Positions 1 to 11,500 of a stretch of 64,000 nt of DNA are shown here, one piece after another; the first letter of the stretch is position 1, and the number at the start of each line of letters is the position of its first letter. Origin of the DNA: an uncultured virus (IMG/VR IMGVR_UViG_3300046320_000024) (Duplodnaviria > Heunggongvirae > Uroviricota > Caudoviricetes); IMG/VR virus record IMGVR_UViG_3300046320_000024, one strand, 5' to 3'. Under the pieces are notes generated by a model. The model ran no database searches and was not told where the DNA came from. It saw nothing but the letters and a program-made list of their open reading frames with translations. A program made the position numbers and the translations under genes.

Positions 1-2
1 TT

Positions 3-230
3 GATTACTCTAAAGGTATCGTTGATATTAAGAACTTGCACATCACTGCTCTAGCAGATGTTGATTTTGAACTTTCTATCGCCCCACAATCTAACGACGT
101 TGTTTCTGCCCTAACGCAAGTTGCAGAAATTGCACCAGACCACTTGAAGATTACTGCGATTGCTGATAAGACAGCATCTGGTGACTTACGTGGTGGATAC
201 AATTATCAGTTTACTTCTAGTCGCTCATAA
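3..230 (+). CDS. gp6: Baseplate wedge subunit gp6, C-terminal part (5'-truncated by window)
   Basis: Frame is open from base 3 (DYSKGIVDIKNL...IAPQSNDVVS), resembling the T4-like gp6 C-terminus; stop overlaps the gp7 ATG. Confidence 0.75.
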   Translation, partial: DYSKGIVDIKNLHITALADVDFELSIAPQSNDVVSALTQVAEIAPDHLKITAIADKTASGDLRGGYNYQFTSSRS

Positions 231-2434
231 TGCTTACCAAGCCAAAGTTATCATCTCTGGTAGCGTCGCAGCTACCTGAATTCGTAAGATCAGATTATCC
301 TGCGTTTGTATCATTCTTGCAAGCGTATTATGATTATCTTGGAACAACTCAACAGGACTTAGAAGATCTTCGAGATCTGGACAAGACCTTAGATTCATTC
401 ATTAGATATTTTAAAGATGAGTTAGCTTCTAAGCTACCTTATACTACAGTAGAACCTCGCTTCTTAATGGAGCATATCAAAGAACACTACGGTGCCAAAG
501 GTTCTGAGGCTTCTTTTAAGTTACTATTTCGTATTCTATTCAATAAAGAAGTTACGGTTGAATATCCTGCCAAGCAGATGCTCCGTGCTTCTGATGGTAA
601 GTGGAATCAAGACGTTTCTGTTTTCGTTAAGATTCTTACTGGTCATCCAAATGATCCAATCGGTAAGTTAGTTGACGTTGTCACACCAAACAAGATTATT
701 CGTGTTCTAGTCGATCGTCGTCAATACGTTGAAGTTGAAATTGATCGTGTAGTTAACATTGCAGATAACGTTTACGAATATTACATCGATCGTCGATTCT
801 TTGGTAATATTTCAGTCGGAGATAGACTTCGTTATCGTGATGACGCTGCTGGCACCTACTTTACTGGTGAGATTCTAGCCACAACATCGCAACTAGAGAT
901 TCAGAAACCTGGATCTGGTTTTAAAATTGGTGACTTATATAACATTAAGAACTTTGATGGATATGGTTCCATCTTGAAGATCTCTCGTGTCGATTCTAAC
1001 GGTGGTATCGCACAAGGACAATTTATTAAGTATGGTGTCGGTTATACGACAGATTTTACAACTACAATTTCTGCTAAATCTGGTCAAGATGTTGCTGGAA
1101 CAGCTGGTACTATTATTCAACGTATCGATACACCACAAATTGGTGGAACTCTATCTACATTGAGTATTAGCGAAAGACTAGATGGTTTTGCTGAATCTGG
1201 TACAATTAACACAGCAGACTATAACATGGCAGGTGTTGGTGAGACTGGTGGACCAGCACTAGACGGCACATTTGCTGGTTTGGTTCTACGTGAATTTGGT
1301 ATCTCTAGCGTAGACTCTACTATCACAGATAACGATCCAGCGATTATCAAATGTTCTCTTGGACCTCTTGCAAAATATCCAGGTTACTACGTTAATAACG
1401 ATGGCTTCTTAGATGATGCTATCTATATCCAAGATAGTCGTTACTATCAAGCATACTCTTATGTTATTAAGATCGATGAGGCTCTTGACTCTTACAAGAC
1501 TGCAGTTAAGAATTTGATTCATCCTGCTGGTATGGCCATATTTGGTGAATATGATATTCGTAATGAATTTGATGTTAGTTTAGCTCTGGAATCATTAGTT
1601 AAGATTTTGGCGGTTACAGTTCAAGATGAAGTTACTATTGATGCTTTAACTGAGATTAAAGATTTTGGTAAGTATTTTGATGATCAGACAGCCAACTTTG
1701 ACGGTGCAGTTGAAGGACATTATGTAACAATGGTAGAAACAGGATTGACTCTGGATGGAACCAGAACAATGCCATATCTAACATTGTCTAAACCTATTGA
1801 TGGCACCAACTTAAATTATGATGGAAATGTCGAACCGCAGTCTATTTCATTAGCTGACGGTGGTGATGTGACTGATTCTACCAGAATAATGCCATATTTC
1901 GATACGGTAAAGGCGCTCACTCTAAATCACGTTATTAATGATGGAACTACAGTAGACTCTGAATCTGTATTCACTTTAGACACAGTTGGATCTAATGGAT
2001 CTCGTACTGTTCCATATTTTGATCAAACTAAATTACTTGACGCAACCCATTTAAATTATGATTTAGCATATGATAATGAAACTGCTACAATGGTTGAACA
2101 AGCTATTGGATATGCTGGTGGCGCAACTAGAATTGGTGCTGATGTATTCGATTTTAACAAATTACTCGAAGCCAATCACTACTTAAATAATGGTAATGAC
2201 CAAGATCTAGAACAAGTTGTTATGTCGGACACTGACGCAACAAGTCCTACAGACCTAAATAGAACGACACCAGCATTTGTTTATACGACCACTATAGATC
2301 CGACATACTATGGTGGTGACGATAATGCCGCAGCAGTAGACTCTGGCGGTTTACTTGAACTTAACCCATACGGAGAGGCTGGCTTCTTCTTAAATGATAG
2401 TGGGTTATATGTCGGCGAGGCAATTACAATCTAA
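230..2434 (+). CDS. gp7: Baseplate wedge initiator gp7-like protein
   Basis: N-term QLPEFVRSDYPAFVSFLQAYY, KGSEASFKLLFRILF, IQDSRYYQAYSYVIK, LIHPAG; lies between gp6 and gp8. Confidence 0.75.
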   Translation: MLTKPKLSSLVASQLPEFVRSDYPAFVSFLQAYYDYLGTTQQDLEDLRDLDKTLDSFIRYFKDELASKLPYTTVEPRFLMEHIKEHYGAKGSEASFKLLFRILFNKEVTVEYPAKQMLRASDGKWNQDVSVFVKILTGHPNDPIGKLVDVVTPNKIIRVLVDRRQYVEVEIDRVVNIADNVYEYYIDRRFFGNISVGDRLRYRDDAAGTYFTGEILATTSQLEIQKPGSGFKIGDLYNIKNFDGYGSILKISRVDSNGGIAQGQFIKYGVGYTTDFTTTISAKSGQDVAGTAGTIIQRIDTPQIGGTLSTLSISERLDGFAESGTINTADYNMAGVGETGGPALDGTFAGLVLREFGISSVDSTITDNDPAIIKCSLGPLAKYPGYYVNNDGFLDDAIYIQDSRYYQAYSYVIKIDEALDSYKTAVKNLIHPAGMAIFGEYDIRNEFDVSLALESLVKILAVTVQDEVTIDALTEIKDFGKYFDDQTANFDGAVEGHYVTMVETGLTLDGTRTMPYLTLSKPIDGTNLNYDGNVEPQSISLADGGDVTDSTRIMPYFDTVKALTLNHVINDGTTVDSESVFTLDTVGSNGSRTVPYFDQTKLLDATHLNYDLAYDNETATMVEQAIGYAGGATRIGADVFDFNKLLEANHYLNNGNDQDLEQVVMSDTDATSPTDLNRTTPAFVYTTTIDPTYYGGDDNAAAVDSGGLLELNPYGEAGFFLNDSGLYVGEAITI

Positions 2435-2446
2435 CAGGAGAATTAT

Positions 2447-2899
2447 ATGGAATTTCAACAACAAGACGACTTACTAGCTACAGGTGAAGTAAAGATCCAA
2501 CTATTGGACGCAGCTGGTAATGTAAAAGAAGAACACAAAGTTAAGAACTTAGTTGTTTCTGCAGGTAAGACTTATATCGCTGCTCGTATGCAGGGATCAT
2601 CTATCCCAACAGTTATGGGTTATATGGCTATCGGTACTGGTACTGCAACTCCAGCTGTAGGTAATACTACTCTAGGTGTTGAAGCTGGTCGTGTAGCATT
2701 AGCTTCTTTCTCATCTTCATCTAACCAAGTTACTGCTACAGCTACTTTCCCAGCTGGTACAGGTACTGGTGCCATTACTGAAGCTGGTATTTTTAATGCC
2801 AACTCTTCAGGTACAATGCTATGCCGCACAACTTTCCCAGTTGTTAACAAGGCAGCTGGCGACTCTATCGCTATCACTTGGGTTGTTACAGTAAGCTAA
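2447..2899 (+). CDS. Virion structural protein (baseplate/tail-collar-like fold)
   Basis: AGGAG RBS; NLVV...YMAIGTG...ITEAGIF...ITW pattern of tail-fibre attachment domains; lies in baseplate cluster. Confidence 0.6.
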   Translation: MEFQQQDDLLATGEVKIQLLDAAGNVKEEHKVKNLVVSAGKTYIAARMQGSSIPTVMGYMAIGTGTATPAVGNTTLGVEAGRVALASFSSSSNQVTATATFPAGTGTGAITEAGIFNANSSGTMLCRTTFPVVNKAAGDSIAITWVVTVS

Positions 2900-2915
2900 T
2901 TTTTAGGTAAATTCA

Positions 2916-5492
2916 ATGAGCTCATCTTCTTTACTGAAGTCTCCGCTACATAACTCTATTGCAGAGGCACTGTTCGATGAGATTCAGAACCGAAATGCCC
3001 GTTACTACTACTTTTTAGGAAGAACTGTTAATTGGGTGGACGATACAACTCCTCCATATCCAATTGATAGTTTCGACTATGAATTAAAAACACGTAACGA
3101 AATTATCACTCTAAAAGAAATTAAGAGTACAGACGTATCATTCGTCATTCCACGTGTAGACTGGGTTACTGGTCAAATTTGGGATATGTATGATGATCAG
3201 TACAGTGATGAAGTTCAAGGTATTAATCTAGTTTCAGGTGGATATGGGTATTCAGATCCACCTTCTGTCAGTATTACAGGTGGTGGTGGAACTGGTGCCG
3301 TCGCCGTTCCAACAGTACTTGATGGTGTTGTAGTTTCTATTGATATGGTTTCTCGTGGCAGAGGATATACTTCTACACCTACAGTAACAATTACAGGTGG
3401 TGGTGGCGAAGGAGCATCAGCTTTAGCTACAACTGCTATTGCATACTCAGGTGCTCAAAGATTAGAAGACATTAACTGTGTCGTTATGACAGACGAGTAC
3501 AACGTGTACAAGTGTCTGGACAATAACAACAATGCTATTTCTACTTACAAGCCAATCGGAACTGTTGTAGATCCAGTTAATATGCCAGACGGGTATATGT
3601 GGAAATACTTGTATAGTATTCCAATCGCCCTGCGCAACAAATTCTTAACTGATGTTTACATGCCAGTTGTGAACTCTATCCGTTCTCAGTTTTACTCCAA
3701 TGGTGAGATTTTAAACGTTGTTTTAGAAAACAGTGGACAAAACTACACATTCGCATCAATCTCTGTATCTGGTGACGGGTATCGTGAATCTGATCCATTA
3801 TTATTACAGAACGTTCAAATTTCTGCGCCTGGAACTGGTTATACTTCAGGTGCTACTATCACTATTGCTCCTCCATTTGCAGGTGCAAACTCTTGGACAA
3901 ATGGTGTCGGTATTCTATTGGGTCAAAAAGTTGAGTATAACAACAACTTGTATGAAGCTACAGTTTCTGGAACTCTCGCTTCTCCAGCACCGACCCATAA
4001 ATCTGGTATAGTATCAAATGGCACTGCGTCATTAAAGTATATTGGTACTCGTGCTACTGGAACAGTAAACGTATCTTCAGGTGCAGTTACTGGTATTACA
4101 CTAAATGGTTCTGTTTTAGATGTTAACATTACGAATCCAGGTTCTGGATATACTTCTGCTCCATCTATAACATTAACTGGTGGTGGGGGTAACGGATTCG
4201 TTGGTGCTGTTGTGATGAATGGTACTGGCGTTCAGAAAGTTTATGTTTCTGATTCTGGTGAATTGTATACTTCTATTCCTACTGCCAACTTTGGTACACA
4301 GTGGGCACCATCTACTACATATACAGTTGGCACACAAATATTTTATTCTAGCCGTTTATACACAGTAACATCTCAAGGAACAACTAGTACTGTTGCGCCG
4401 ACACACACAAGTGGTGCAGCAACCAATGGTACTGCTACACTGACATATGTTGGGTCACCAGCCACAGGTACTGTTGTTTTAAAGTACGGGTCAGGTTACT
4501 CGACTTTACCAAATATTCAAATCCAACCAGTTTCTGGTGGAGCAGGTGCAACTGGTTATTTCGTCGGTCTTAAGTCTGAAGCTAAGTTGATTCCAATTAT
4601 CTCAAATGGACAGATTGACAGCGTGCAAATCGACAATGGTGGTGTTGGTTATACTTACGCCAACTTGGTAGTGCAAGGAGATGGTACCAATGCTGTTATT
4701 TCAGCTGACTTGTCTCCAGGTGATATCAATACTATGCAAGCAAACACAGAGTTGTTGACTCCAGATGGTCGTGTCATGGCGTATCCAGTGATTTCTGGTG
4801 GGTTTGGTTACGGTGAAAACCCAACTATTACTATTGATGGAGATGGTCAAGGCGCAACGGCTACTGCTATCATTGAAGGTGGTGCCGTTAAGAAATTAGT
4901 CGTTGGAGGTTATGGTACTGGATATCGTTGGGCTACTGTCACAATTTCTGGTGGTGGGTTTGGAGCTAAGGCTCGTGCTATCATGGCACCATTCGGTGGG
5001 CATGGTAAAGATCCAATTACTGGTATGTTTGCTAGAACTCTTATGTTCTATACTAATATTTCTAAAGACACCAACCAAGGATTTAACGTTAACAACGATT
5101 TCCGTCAGTTAGGTATTATTAAAAACCCTCGTCAGTTTGGACAGTACGGTAACCTAAAAACAGCACTTGCTTCTGCATGTTATGTAGTCACAGGTTTTGT
5201 TGATACAGCAGCATTTAAACCAGATATGTTGTTGACTGTTGGTGATTCTGCACGTCGTTTCCGTATTGTTTCTACTACAACTACTGGTATGTTGATACAA
5301 TCACTAGATAACTATGCCCCAGTTGTTGGAACTGTATTTGTTAATCCTACTGGACAAACATTCGCATGTTCTGGAGTTACTCCTCCAACTGCAGATAAGT
5401 ATTCTGGTCATATCTTGTTTATTGATAACAAACAAGCGTTTACGCCTACAGCAGACCAAACAGTTACATTAAGAACTGTTATAAAATTCTAA
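2916..5492 (+). CDS. gp8: Baseplate wedge subunit gp8 with internal repeat insertions
   Basis: VIPRVDW, YNVYKCLDNN, DGYMWKYLY, NDFRQLGIIKNP, DKYSGHILFIDN motifs. Confidence 0.85.
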   Translation: MSSSSLLKSPLHNSIAEALFDEIQNRNARYYYFLGRTVNWVDDTTPPYPIDSFDYELKTRNEIITLKEIKSTDVSFVIPRVDWVTGQIWDMYDDQYSDEVQGINLVSGGYGYSDPPSVSITGGGGTGAVAVPTVLDGVVVSIDMVSRGRGYTSTPTVTITGGGGEGASALATTAIAYSGAQRLEDINCVVMTDEYNVYKCLDNNNNAISTYKPIGTVVDPVNMPDGYMWKYLYSIPIALRNKFLTDVYMPVVNSIRSQFYSNGEILNVVLENSGQNYTFASISVSGDGYRESDPLLLQNVQISAPGTGYTSGATITIAPPFAGANSWTNGVGILLGQKVEYNNNLYEATVSGTLASPAPTHKSGIVSNGTASLKYIGTRATGTVNVSSGAVTGITLNGSVLDVNITNPGSGYTSAPSITLTGGGGNGFVGAVVMNGTGVQKVYVSDSGELYTSIPTANFGTQWAPSTTYTVGTQIFYSSRLYTVTSQGTTSTVAPTHTSGAATNGTATLTYVGSPATGTVVLKYGSGYSTLPNIQIQPVSGGAGATGYFVGLKSEAKLIPIISNGQIDSVQIDNGGVGYTYANLVVQGDGTNAVISADLSPGDINTMQANTELLTPDGRVMAYPVISGGFGYGENPTITIDGDGQGATATAIIEGGAVKKLVVGGYGTGYRWATVTISGGGFGAKARAIMAPFGGHGKDPITGMFARTLMFYTNISKDTNQGFNVNNDFRQLGIIKNPRQFGQYGNLKTALASACYVVTGFVDTAAFKPDMLLTVGDSARRFRIVSTTTTGMLIQSLDNYAPVVGTVFVNPTGQTFACSGVTPPTADKYSGHILFIDNKQAFTPTADQTVTLRTVIKF

Positions 5493-5527
5493 TAAATAAA
5501 GAATAACATTTAAAGAAGAGTATAAGA

Positions 5528-8500
5528 ATGATCGATTTCAATACCGAACCGTATAATGATGATTACGATGAGAACAAAAAGTTCTATCGTATTCTGTATC
5601 GTCCATCGTTTGCGGTTCAGGCTCGTGAACTTACTCAGATGCAGACCATTCTGCAGAATCAAATTTCTCGTCATGGTGATGCGATTTTCAAACAAGGTGC
5701 GATGGTAATCCCAGGTCAGTCATCTGTTGAGACTATCACACAACCAAATAAGGGCGCAGATTACGTTACTCTACAATCAGTTTATAATGGTGTAGCAGTT
5801 CAAACGTTTGTATCTTCTCTTAAGGGTAAGACGATCATTGGTTCTTCTGGTGTAACTGCTGAAGTTGTTGTAGCACAAGACGCAGAAAACACAGACCCAA
5901 CTACACTGTATATTCGATATACAACTACTGGCAGCAATAACACAACTCAAACATTTTCTAACTCTGAAGTTATTACTACTGAAGATGGAACTTATTCTTT
6001 TCAAGCTTCTACTTCTAATGCTGTTGGTAAAGGTTCTTTAGCTACCATTAAACGTGGCGTTTACTACATTAACCAACACTTTTGTTTAGTTGAAGAACAG
6101 ACTATTGTTCTGGACAAATATAGTAATACACCTTCTTACCGCATCGGTTTGAGCGTTAATGAATCTATTGTCACTCCAGAAGAAGATGAGACATTGCTAG
6201 ATAATGCTCAGAATAGCTATAACTTTGCAGCTCCTGGTGCTCATCGTTTCTATATCGACTTAAATTTAACCAAGTTAAGCATTGACAGCACCAGCGATGA
6301 AGACTTCATTGAACTTATCCGTGTTGTAGATGGTAAGATTAAGACTATCGTTGATAGCACTGCATACTCTATGCTCGGTGATGAATTGGCTCGTCGTACA
6401 TATGATGAATCTGGTGATTATACTGTTCGTGAATTCTCTATTGACGTTCGTGAACACCGCAATAATGCCCGTGGTGCTTGGGCTCAAAACACAGCATACC
6501 TAACTGGTGATATTGTTACTAGTGGTGGTAATACATATGTTGCTAAACTAAGTGGTACATCTGTTACTACTGCTCCAACGCACACTTCTGGTACTGCATA
6601 TGATGGTCCAGGTTCTACTGGTATTAAATGGGAATTTGACGTAACACCAGCGTATAACCGTGGTATCTATACAGATGGTTCTGAGTCTAAACTTGCTATC
6701 GGTTTAGAACCAGGAAAAGCATATGTTCGTGGCTATGAGATTCAAAAAGATTCTACAACTTATGTAGCTGTCGATAAAGCACGTGCATATGATCAAGCTC
6801 TAAACAGTATCATTCAACCCACTGTTGGTAACTATGTGTTAGTCACCAATGTCAATAACTTACCTCCTCTTGACACATGCGATATTATCTCGTTGCGTGA
6901 TCAAATAACAGGTTCTTCTGTTGGTACTGCTGCTGGTAACCAAATTGGTACTGCTCGTGTTCGTTTCATGGAATGGCATAGTGGTGCATTGTTTGGTTCT
7001 ACTGCTGTTTACAAATTAGGTTTGTTTGATATTCAAATGAATAATGGTAAAGATTTTAACCGTAGCGTTAAATCTTTCTTCTATAGCGTTTCAAGTGCTG
7101 ATGCTAACCTCAGCTTTAGTTCTGACATCAATGCAATTTCCACTACATTAGTTGGATCTGTCACCGCTTCTTCTACATCATTAACTGGTACTGGCACTTC
7201 ATTCCAAACTGATTTGATCTCTGGTGATTATATTGTTGTTGATGGTACTATGATTCGTATTACTGGAGCACCATCATCTCAAAATGCTGTTGCAATCACA
7301 ACTAGCTCTTTCACTGGTAAAGCATACTCTTTAGCAAGTACTCAGTTACTAGAAGCTAACAACTCTAGCTTAGTATTCTCTTTACCTGATTATGCTATCC
7401 GTTCTGTTCGTGGCGCTGGAACTTCTGGTGTAAACAACACAACATATATCTGTTATCAGAAATTTACACAAACTGCTTCTGGTGTTACAGTTAACTTGTC
7501 TACATCGGGAACATTCTCTTCTGCTTCTGGAACTACAAACTATATCGTAGTTGACAATGATGCAACAGCTGGTGGTGCTATTATTAACCCAGTTTCTATC
7601 GTTGCTGTTGGTTCTACATGTACCATTACTGTTCCATCTGCGCAGTCTGGCCGTTCTATCACAGTAATTGCAGCAGTTATTCGCAATGGTTCTGGTTACG
7701 AAAAAACTAAAACTCTCACATCTGCTACTGAAACATTTACTACAGCTGCAGCAGCACAAGCTGCTATTGTCTACCTAGATAAAGCTGACGTATTCCGCAT
7801 CGTTTCTATCAAGACAGCGCCATCAGCAGCGTTTGGTACAACACCAGCTTCTAATGCATATACTCAAGATATCTCTGATCGTTATGAGTTTGATAATGGC
7901 CAGCGCCAAAGCCATTATGATTGGGGTCGATTAAATCTAATTCCATCGTTTACTGCACCATCTAATCCAGTGCAAGTTACATACGAATACTTTGAGCATG
8001 GTGTCGGTGATTACTTTGATATCAACTCTTATAGCAACGTAGACTATAATCAAGTTCCAGCAGTATTGCGTGACTCTCTAGATTTCCGCCCACGTGTTGC
8101 AAACAAGTCTGCTGGTACTGCCAAGAACTTTATTTCTACTGGTGGTTCTATCACTGGTATTCCAAAGCGTGGCGAAAGCGTAACATCTGATTACAGCTAC
8201 TACCTAGCACGTAAAGATAAAATTGCTCTGGATTTTAACGGCAAGTTCTTTGATATCACTGGTGTTCCATCTACACATCCAGGTGATCCACAAGATCCAG
8301 CGTTGGGTATGGTTCTATACAACCTAACTCTTGAGCCATATACATTCTCTACTTCTTCTGATAGTATTGCTGTTCAAAAGATGGAGAACAAGCGTTACAC
8401 AATGCGTGATATCGGAAAACTAGAGTCTCGTATCAACAACCTTGAATATTACACTTCTCTTTCTCTATTAGAGCAAGAAACACAGTCTATGAAAATCACC

Positions 8501-11500
8501 ACAACTGGTGGTCTAGATCGTATGAAGAATGGTTTCGTTGTCGATAACTTCAGCGGTAACAATATTGGTAACAGCAAGTCTAAAGACTACTTCTGCTCTA
8601 TTGATATGGAGAAGAATCAACTTCGCCCATTCTACACTTCTTACAACGTTAATCTACTAGAGAAAAACTCTAACTCTGGTCAACGTGCTGCTTCTAACTA
8701 TCAGTTGAATGGTGATATTATCACTCTTCCAATTATCAATACTCCAGTATTGATAAAGCAAGACTACGCTTCTCGCTTAGAAAACATCAACCCATTTGCT
8801 ATCTACACATTCTTAGGTAACGTAGAAATCAACCCACCATCTGATGATTGGTTTGAAACTACACGTATGCCTGACCTAGTGCAGCAAGTAGAAGGCAACT
8901 ATAACACTATCAAAGACCTAGCAACTCGTGCTGGTATTATCGGCGATGCTGGTTTTGGTACTGTGTGGGGTGCTTGGCAGACTGAATGGTTGGGTACTGC
9001 ATTTTCTACTGGTATTCAAACTCTGGAAGCTGACCGTCGTTACGGTGACGGTGGCTCTGCACTTGATGCTCAGTTTGGTCTTGGACCAGATGCATCTGGT
9101 TGGGCACATCGTGTAGTTAAAGTTGAAAATCTAGCACAAGCAGTCGGACAGTCTCGTACTGGTGTTAAGACTTCTTTAGCAGTTAAAACTGACTATGAAA
9201 CTGTTGCAGACCGCACTGTTTCTACTGCTGTTATCCCTTACATTCGTTCTAGAAACATCTTGGTACAGACTAAGGGTCTAAAACCAGCCACTCGTTTCTA
9301 TGCATATTTCGATGACATCGATGTTAGTGCCTTTGTGACACCTTCGGTCAAGTTAGTATACACAGCAGGTTCTGGTATATTTGACTTTTCTACCAACGTT
9401 GGTGGATCAGCTTCTGAAACTAAACGCCGTATTGGTGGTGATTCTCAGGTTTGTTTGAACCGTGGTGATGTTATATCTAACTCATTAAATACTGCATCTG
9501 CGGTTGTTGTCGGTAAGTTTATTGATCCAGATACTGGTGCTCTGACTCTTGAGTTGGCAAACGTTATCGGCACATTTGCCAATGGACAAACATTCACAGG
9601 TTCTGTTTCTGGTGCTTCTGGTACTGTTGTTTCAATTACATCACCTACGACTCTAATCACTAATAAAAACGGTGAATTAAACTTCTTGTTTGAAATTCCA
9701 AACACAGATGCTATCCGTTTCCGTACTGGTGCTCGTGAGTTGAAACTAATTGACGCTTCTACTTCTACTGGACAATGGACTTCACGTGGTCGTGGTATCT
9801 ATCGTGCTGAAGGTGTTCTTGAAACTAAACAAGCATCTGTTAACGCTGTCCGTAATGCAGAGTTGGTTAAAGAAATCATCGGTCCAAACGACGATCCAGC
9901 TGCTCGCCAGACAATCTATCAAGGTGCTGGCAGCCGTGTAGTTTCTGATACTGGTTGGTACGATCCACTGGCGCAATCTTTCTTGGTCGAGCAAAAAGGT
10001 GGAGCATTCTTGACTAGCGTTGATATTTTCTTCGCCTCAAAAGACGATCGTATTCCTGTTACATTAGAAATCCGTGAGATGGTAAATGGAACACCTGGAA
10101 AGAACGTGCTTGCTTTTAGCCGCACTACTCTCAACCCATCTCAAGTTAGCTTGTCTTCTAATGTAGTTTCTCTAGATGGCGCAGATTACCCATCTTACGA
10201 TACACCTACTAAGTTTACGTTCAAGACTCCTGTTTACGTTCAAGACAATACTGAGTACTGCTTTGTTCTTCAGTCTGACTCTAACAACTACAAAGTTTGG
10301 ATCTCTAACGTTGGTGATACAATCCCAGGAACTTCTGGAAGAACTATCTCTGAGCAACCATACGCTGGTGTTTTGTTCAAATCACAGAACGCATCTACAT
10401 GGACTCCAGATCAAAACCAAGACATTAAGTTCACTATTTACCGTGCTCAATTCGACACTAGCGTTGTCGGTAACATTAGCTTCGTTAATGATGTATTGCA
10501 ATATGACAATATCGAAGTTGATCCATTCCAAATCGTAAGCGGTTCTACTACAGTTCGTGTGTGGCACTATGATCACGGTATGTACTCTGGTTCACGTGTT
10601 AACATCAAAGGTGTTGCTGATGCGATTAACGGTATCCCTGCAGCTGAGTTGAACGGTGACCATGTTATTTCTAATGTAGACGCCAACAGCTATACAATCA
10701 CAACTACTACTGCTGGTACATCTAGTGGTTACGGTGGCGGTTCTGCAGTTATGGCCACTCGTAATGTATCTTACGACATTATCAACCCATCTATCCAGAT
10801 GCAGACTTTCTCTGATACTAAGTCTAGCTTCTCTATCTTGACTTCTTCTGGTAAAGCTATTGATGGTTCTCAAACACCATATGTTGCTGATACCACATAC
10901 ACTCCATGTTTAGTTAAAGAGAATAACTTCTTCTATTCTCCACGTGTGATTGCATCTGAGATCAATGAAAATATATTGATGGGCGGTAACAAGTCTGTGA
11001 CGTTCTCTGCTCAGATTTCTACTACTAACGATGCGGTTTCTCCAGTTATCGATACTGCTCGCACTAGCTTGGTTGCTATCTCTAATAAGATTAACCAACC
11101 TACCGAAGCAAACACTAACGTGGCTGCTCTAGATTCTAAATCTATCGTCTCTGGTTCTACTAACTGGGCATTCACTGCAACTGGCTTTAGCTCTACAAAC
11201 GCTACGATCCGTGGCTCCATGGCTGCTATTGGTATCGGTCGTTACGTGACTATCTCTGGTTCTGCCACTACAGCAGGCAACTTGGGAACATTCTTAGTTA
11301 CTGGTTTCACAGACGATGGCACTACTGCTACGATCACTCTAAGCGGATTCTCTGGAACTGCAGAAACTGCTCTTTCTGGTTCTGTGGTATCTGTTCGTGA
11401 GTTGTTCTTCGACGAAATTACACCAGAAGGTTCTTCTTCTCTTGGTAAGTATGTAACTACACCTATCAAGTTTGCAAACTCTTCTACATACCTACGTGTT

